Below are positions 58,001 to 64,000 of a DNA stretch of 64,000 nucleotides, in pieces (the first letter of the stretch is position 1; every line of letters begins with the position of its first letter). Source of the DNA: the human T2T-CHM13v2.0 reference genome, Homo sapiens; the NCBI RefSeq assembly GCF_009914755.1, contig NC_060935.1; one strand, given 5' to 3'. The position numbers were made by a program, and so were the translations under genes. Below the pieces are notes generated by a model. That model saw only the letters and a program-made list of their open reading frames with translations, did not search any database and had not been told where the DNA came from.

Positions 58001-60464
58001 TTAAGATCCGTCCACCCACTCCTCAGCCCTAGATTCCCAGGAAAACTGGGAATTCCTTTTGGGGCTTTTCCCAGTGCTACCTTCTGTGGGGCATGAGCCC
58101 TTGGTCTCATCCCCTGGCTGTCTGGGGTCCCCTCACCTACATCGCAGACCCGGCCCAGTGTTTCTAGATCCGCTCTTGCCAACATGGCGAGTGCCTAACT
58201 GTGGCTTCGTACTAGTTGGGGGGAACACAGGCATCCCTTACCCCTGGCCGTCAGCTGGGGAGGGGGTAGTCCAGGTGGCAAGAGCCTAGAGCCTGGGAGA
58301 AAGGGCCTCCCCAGCCTGTGTGGGGACAGGGGATCAGGAGGGTGGTAGGGACTTGGGTCCTTGCAGGTGGCCTGGGCAGTGCCTGGTGGGCATGGATCAG
58401 GTGGCAGGGCTTTGTGTCTGGGCATGGCCCTGTGGCTGGGCTGCCTTGGCCAGGGTCCTGGGCCTTCTGAGTCTGCGTCTCATTCTCTGTGGCAGGCTCC
58501 TGGTGCTGGCACCTTCAGTGCAGGGTGCCTCGGTTGGAGGGAACATTCACCCGTGCCTGGCACTGAAGCCACAGCTCCCTGTGGGCATGGTGCCCGCAGC
58601 TTGAGCCTACAACCCTGGGGTACTGGGGGCAGGAGGGTCCCTTTTTGCTTGGCAGTTGCGAGGTACTGGAACCTTTGCATATAACGTGCGGGCTGCGTTG
58701 TGTCACAGGGCCGGGTCTGAGGGAGGGGCTTTGCGGGGACACTCCTGGGTACCGATGGGATGAACTTCCGCTGGGCCTGAAGGCCTGGGATGCTTTTGGG
58801 CCGGCCAGTGCGGGGTCAGGTGGTTGGAGCCAGGGAGCTGGCACGTCAGCTGCTGCTATGAGTTCTGCCACGTGCCATCCTGGCATGTGGCACGTCTTGC
58901 AGAGGACAGGAAGGGTGAACAGCTCCAAACCCACCCTATGTGTGCTCCAGAGCTGGAAACAGGCTGTGCGGAGCTGAGTGCCTTTGGGGGCAGCTGAGAT
59001 GGGCAGGAGCACCGTGCCCACCGAGGGTGTCAGAGTGACAGGGGTTGCCAGGCAACTCCACCCGGGTGGCTGATGCCCCCGTTTTTAAAGGCGTTGGGTG
59101 CCGAGAATTCCCCTCCTGCTGCTAGGCTGGTTTCAAGTCTGCTCCTTCTGCACTTGACGTCCTTGCCAGTGTGATCCAGAGCTGCTCACACGAGCAAGCG
59201 TCCTCGAGTCCTAGGGATGCTGTTAACAGGGCAGCGGGTCCAGGGAGCTGGTCCTGACGCAGGGGTCCTGATGCAGCGGGTCCAGGGAGCTCATGCCTTC
59301 CAGCGATGGGAATGCCACCGGTCCCTGTAGCCAAGGTGCAGATGCACACGTCCTGGTCCTGAGCCCCTGCTCGGCCCTAGGCAGGGCCCCCAGTTCCCTG
59401 CATTCCACCCGCCTTGTCTGGGAGGTGGACGAGCCCTCCGTAGCCCTGACATTCCAAACTGGCTTTTGGCCCCTGCGATATCTTGCTGTGATTCAAGACT
59501 CTGTCCACGGGCAAGAACAACAAGGCTGGGACAATCTCATCTCAGGCATCTGTGGGAGGAGACAGCTCCCAAGGGCGGTGATGCCAGGAGAACATTCCAG
59601 GCCCAGGAAGAGCTGAGAGACAGCAGATGCCCAAGACGAGTTGCTGGTGTGTGGCCAGTGCTGGGAGAGCATGGTGTCGGCCCGGGGAGATGCCGCAGAG
59701 AAGCTTCCAGAAGCCCAACATCTGCTGCTGGAGGGGAGAATGAGGCAATGAATATCACCATCCTGGGCCACTTTGACCCAGACCCCAAGGATTTGGTTAC
59801 AGAGGGGAGGGCGGCAGCGTCTGGCTTCACTCTCGGGAGGTGCCTTGGGGCTGGCCAGTATGGGATTGCTGTCACTGTGGGTCACTCCAGCCCCGGATGC
59901 TCCTACACCATGCTCTGCTTGCATCTGGGGTCCCTGCGGGCACGTCGGTGAGACCGTCCTGGCCTCCACACCCCTTCCTGGTGGGTAGCTGTCTCTCTCC
60001 AGCAGCTCCTCCAACCACCATGAGAAACCCCAGACCTCACAGATGCAAAATTATCGTGGTTGACAAAGGGAGGCGGCTGGTGTCTCTGGTACTGGCTGGG
60101 TGACCACAGGGATGCCGCGTGACCCTAGTCCAGGGGGCCGCTTTTACACGAGGCATCTGACCATGTGATAGGGTGTGGCTTCTGCTGCCTGGCCCAGCCC
60201 TCTTCTGGGAGCCCCACATGGGTGGGTGCTGGCTGGGGAGGGGCTTCTCTCTGGGGAGCAGGCCCTGGCTGGAGGTGGGGAAGATCCATGATGGGACCCA
60301 GGTGTCTTCCCACTTCTCGACCATCTCCTGGGAAGTTCTAATGTTTGGTTCAGGGTGTGGGGTCCATCTGAGCAGGCATGGTGCTTCCAGAAGGATCCAG
60401 GTTAAGGGTGGTGGGTCCAAGGGGGTGCCTGAGCCCTTCTGCAGAAACACCGTTCCCCGTAGAG

Positions 60465-60778
60465 CAGCAGTCCCCAACCTTTTTAGTACCAGAGACCTGT
60501 TTTATGGAAGAAAGATTTTTCCACCCGGGCAGTGGTGATCTTGGGATGAAACTGTTCCATCTCAGATCATCAGGTATTAGATTCTCATAAGAAGCGTGCA
60601 ACCTAGATCCCTTGTGTGCGCAGTTCACAATAGGATTTGTGCTCCTGTGAGAATCTAATGCCACCGCTGATCCAACAGGAGGTAGAGCTCAGGTGGCCGT
60701 GCACATTCACCTGACGCTCACTCACTGCTGTGCGGCCTGCTCCCTAACAGGCCACGGACCCGGGGTTGGAGAACCCTG
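60465..60778 (+). mobile_element. MER1B (hAT-Charlie) DNA transposon
   Basis: Terminal inverted repeats cagcagtccccaacc / ggttggagaaccctg; internal ttagattctcataag...gcgcagttcacaatagg; 8-bp TSD-like ccgtagag/tcttagag. Confidence 0.88.
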
Positions 60779-61167
60779 TCTTAGAGGATTGAGGCTCGGG
60801 GCCATGGGATCGGCACTGTCATTGCCCTTGGAGGGTTGTGAGCACTGGAAGGACCTGGCTGTGGTCCCGGGCACTGGGTGGATGGACCAGCAGAAAGGCT
60901 CCCAGGAGGGTCGTGGCTCCCTCATCGGCACCGGACTCTCAGGATGAGCCGCCTGGAGTCTGTTGGCATCTGCCTGGCCGCCTCTGGCAGGAACTTCTCC
61001 TGATGGAAGAGCCGGGCTGGGGAGCTGACTCCAGGACAGGCCCCTGCCCGCTCTGGGACCTGGGGCCTGGGCTCTGCTCCCCATTTCGCTCCTCCACTCA
61101 CAGATGAGGACATTTGGGTCGCCTTACAGATGAGACAACTAGGCCTGGCCACTTTGCTCATGCCACA

Positions 61168-61225
61168 CCCAGAAAGCCCTCAGGACACCCAGAAGCCCTT
61201 AGGATGCCCAGAAGCCCTTAGGATG
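61168..61225. repeat. 19-20 bp tandem repeat, 3 copies
   Basis: cccagaaagccctcaggaca cccagaagcccttaggatg cccagaagcccttaggatg. Confidence 0.8.
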
Positions 61226-62415
61226 CTGTGGTCTCAAGTGAGGTGGTGCACTATTCCTGGCCTCAGGCCCAGTTTGTATCCATGGGCACCCCCACTCCCA
61301 CCTAGCACTTGCCACCAGGAAGCACCCTGAGGACTGTCCCCTTTGAGAGTTGGCTCTCAAAGCCTTGGTCTGTGCCTGCGTCCTGGCAGCGGGTGAGCTA
61401 CGGCCGCCCTCACCCAGAGAGTGCAGGTTCCCTGGGGGCGGGGGCTCTTAGCTTTCCCTCCATATCTGCTAAGGTGCACACCTTTCTCTGCTGCCTTCCA
61501 AAATCATACTCTGGGGCGCACTGAAAGGGTGCTCTGAGTAGCTCTCCCCAGCTCCTGGCTGAACTTGCTCCAGGCAGAGATTTGAAGAGATTCAGAAAGC
61601 AGGAACCACAGGCAGAGCAGCTGGACAGGGACCCCCACCCCTGTACTCCCTTCGGCCCTGGAATGCTCCTCTGCATGGAGACAGCCCAGCTGCACTGGGA
61701 CCCCTCACCCCACCCTGGGGCCAGGGGCTGTGTCCTCGACTTCCACGCAGAGCAGCCCGGGCAGCTTAGAGGAGGGAGCAGAAGGAGCTCTGACTGAGAG
61801 GGGTAGACCCCTCCCAGAGGCATCCCCACCCTGCCCCAAAGAGGGGAGCAGCTGGAGACGGGGCGGGAACCTCCTCTGGCTATATCTAAGCAGCCCCGGG
61901 AACCATGCGCTTCAAGCGTTTGATCTTGACGGGCCCTGGGCTTGGCATTCTATTCCGTGACGTCTCCAGCTGTTCTCTTGTGAAGAGTCACGTCTGTGCT
62001 CTTGGCTAGGATGGCTCAAATATTATAAAACATACAGCTTTGCTAATTAAAACAGCATGACATTGCCTTATAGGCAGGCAGATCACCAATGGAACAGCTT
62101 TTTAAAAACCGCATGTAACTCCATTGTATATGAAGTTTCGTAAAAGAGGCAGCATCTCCAACCAGTGGGGAACAGATGGGCGGCTTCATGCGTGCTGCGG
62201 GGTGGGTGGGTGGCCATGTGGAAAGTGACCAGACTGCACCCACTTGTCACATCACACACCAGGATAGACTCCCAGTGGGTCAGAAAACCACTTGGGTACC
62301 TAAAGAAAGCGCCTGGAATTCTTTACCCTGAGAGCGAAGAAACTTTTCTATGACTTGAATGCTAGATGCGTGGAGGAGATTTATGTGTTTGACCACATAA
62401 GAAAGAAGCAACCTT

Positions 62416-62712
<297 letters not shown>

Positions 62713-63258
62713 TCTTAATGGGAAACAGCCAATGCCAGGCTGGGGGAAGATGTGATGTTTCACGAAGGGTTAATCTGTTTACTACAGAAAGAGTTTCTGA
62801 AAACAGAAGAAAACCCACAGCCAGCAGGAGATGTGAATACCACTCACAGGACAGTGACCCACAGGGGGACCTTGAACATGTGAGAAGGTGCCGCCTTCAC
62901 TCCTGGCGAGAGGGGTGTCGAGGAAAATGTCACTGAGGTCCCTTCTGGCTGGCAGAAATCCTTTGGCATTTGCTGGTAGGCATGCAAGAGGGTAGACTCT
63001 GTGAGGAAGGGATTTGGCAACATCTAGCAAAACTGTCTTCACTGACCTATGACCCAGCAACCCCCTCCCCAGAACCTACCTGAAGGCACTGGCAAAGGCA
63101 GGAGAAGCTGCGTGTGCAGGGCTGCTTGTGAAAGTACTGTTTGGAAAACTGCAAATGCCCATTGTAGGAGACTGGTTGAATCAGAGATTTGTGGAATATT
63201 ATGCAGCTGTAAAAAAGGAATGCATAGATCTCTCTTATTATGAAGTGATTATCAGGAT

Positions 63259-63392
63259 TTATTTAATTATTTTTTTCAGGCAGGGTCTTGCTGTGTTGGC
63301 CAGGGTGGTCTTGAAATCTTGGCCTCAAGCAGTCCTCCCACCTCAGCCTCCCAAAGTGCTTAGATTACAGGTATGAGCCACCACACCTGGCG
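63259..63392 (-). mobile_element. FLAM-type Alu monomer
   Basis: Left arm only; TSD TATCAGGAT at 63250-63258 and 63393-63401. Confidence 0.85.
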
Positions 63393-64000
63393 TATCAGGA
63401 TGCTTTTTAAGTGAAAAAGCACAGTGAATAAAAATATAGCAGCTATTCTTCATCTGATAAAGGGGAGGATGCAAGTCTGGATGTATATTAAAAACGAAAG
63501 CAATGGAAGCCTCCAAATCTTAAAAGTTTACCTCAAAAGGGTGGCGGGGGGGGAGGTGGCATATGGAATCAAGATGCCTCTGAATGTACCTGGTTTTATA
63601 GATTTCACTTTGAAGCCATGTAAATCAATAGCTTGCGTAATTTTTAAAAAGCTGTTCGTAATCGCTTGGTGAAAAATCCCTAAATAAATCTTAACCAGAA
63701 AAAGTAGTCCCTCAAAATTGAAATGAAACAAATGAGCCTAAAAATGTGTGCTGAATTAGTGGCTTAACCACCCAGAAGGACTGATTTCAGGTGACATATT
63801 TCTAGCGGGTTACTGCTGAAGACAAATAGAGCTGCATGCAGTGGCCACATAATTGTTGTGATACTATTTGTTATATTATTCTAAGAGTGCTGCATGGGAA
63901 TTGCAGGTTAAGGTAAGTAATTGTGTTGGTATCACCAAGAATGGAGGTTTTACAAAATATGATTCACATGTAAACAGAATTAAAAACAAAAACCGTATGA

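Noticed and set aside
59231-59291. 19-bp direct repeat with a spacer, superficially CRISPR-like; likewise the KCNQ1 promoter array
   Set aside because: Eukaryotic DNA, few copies, related spacers and no cas genes; simple local duplications.

Overview
Human genomic DNA from the 11p15.5 imprinted domain, recognised from the encoded proteins and the primate Alu/L1/THE1 content. In order: the 3' part of CD81 (+, coding exons 3-8, stop at 6216); a MER4-type LTR; the CpG-island promoter and single-exon CDS of TSSC4 (+, 329 aa); the complete 24-exon TRPM5 gene (-, 1165 aa; my exon lengths sum to 3498 nt); a 22 kb repeat-rich intergenic stretch; and the CpG island, exon 1 and start of intron 1 of KCNQ1 (+). 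The protein-coding content is well known and I found no new protein family. The most interesting signals are non-coding: (1) an octamer/E-box/octamer cassette plus a second octamer+E-box pair upstream of TRPM5, a candidate POU2F3 enhancer, lying inside a 30-bp inverted repeat and between divergent CTCF-like motifs; (2) a THE1 LTR carrying a multi-step, microhomology-joined templated insertion copied from 1.5 kb downstream; (3) several non-canonical splice features in TRPM5 (GC donor, GAG and AAG acceptors, 68-nt intron with a stop-introducing alternative acceptor); (4) an in-frame exitron and two 7-aa uORFs in TSSC4; (5) an E-box/GC-box tandem array in the KCNQ1 promoter. Repeat subfamily calls are from memory of consensus sequences and need RepeatMasker/Dfam confirmation.
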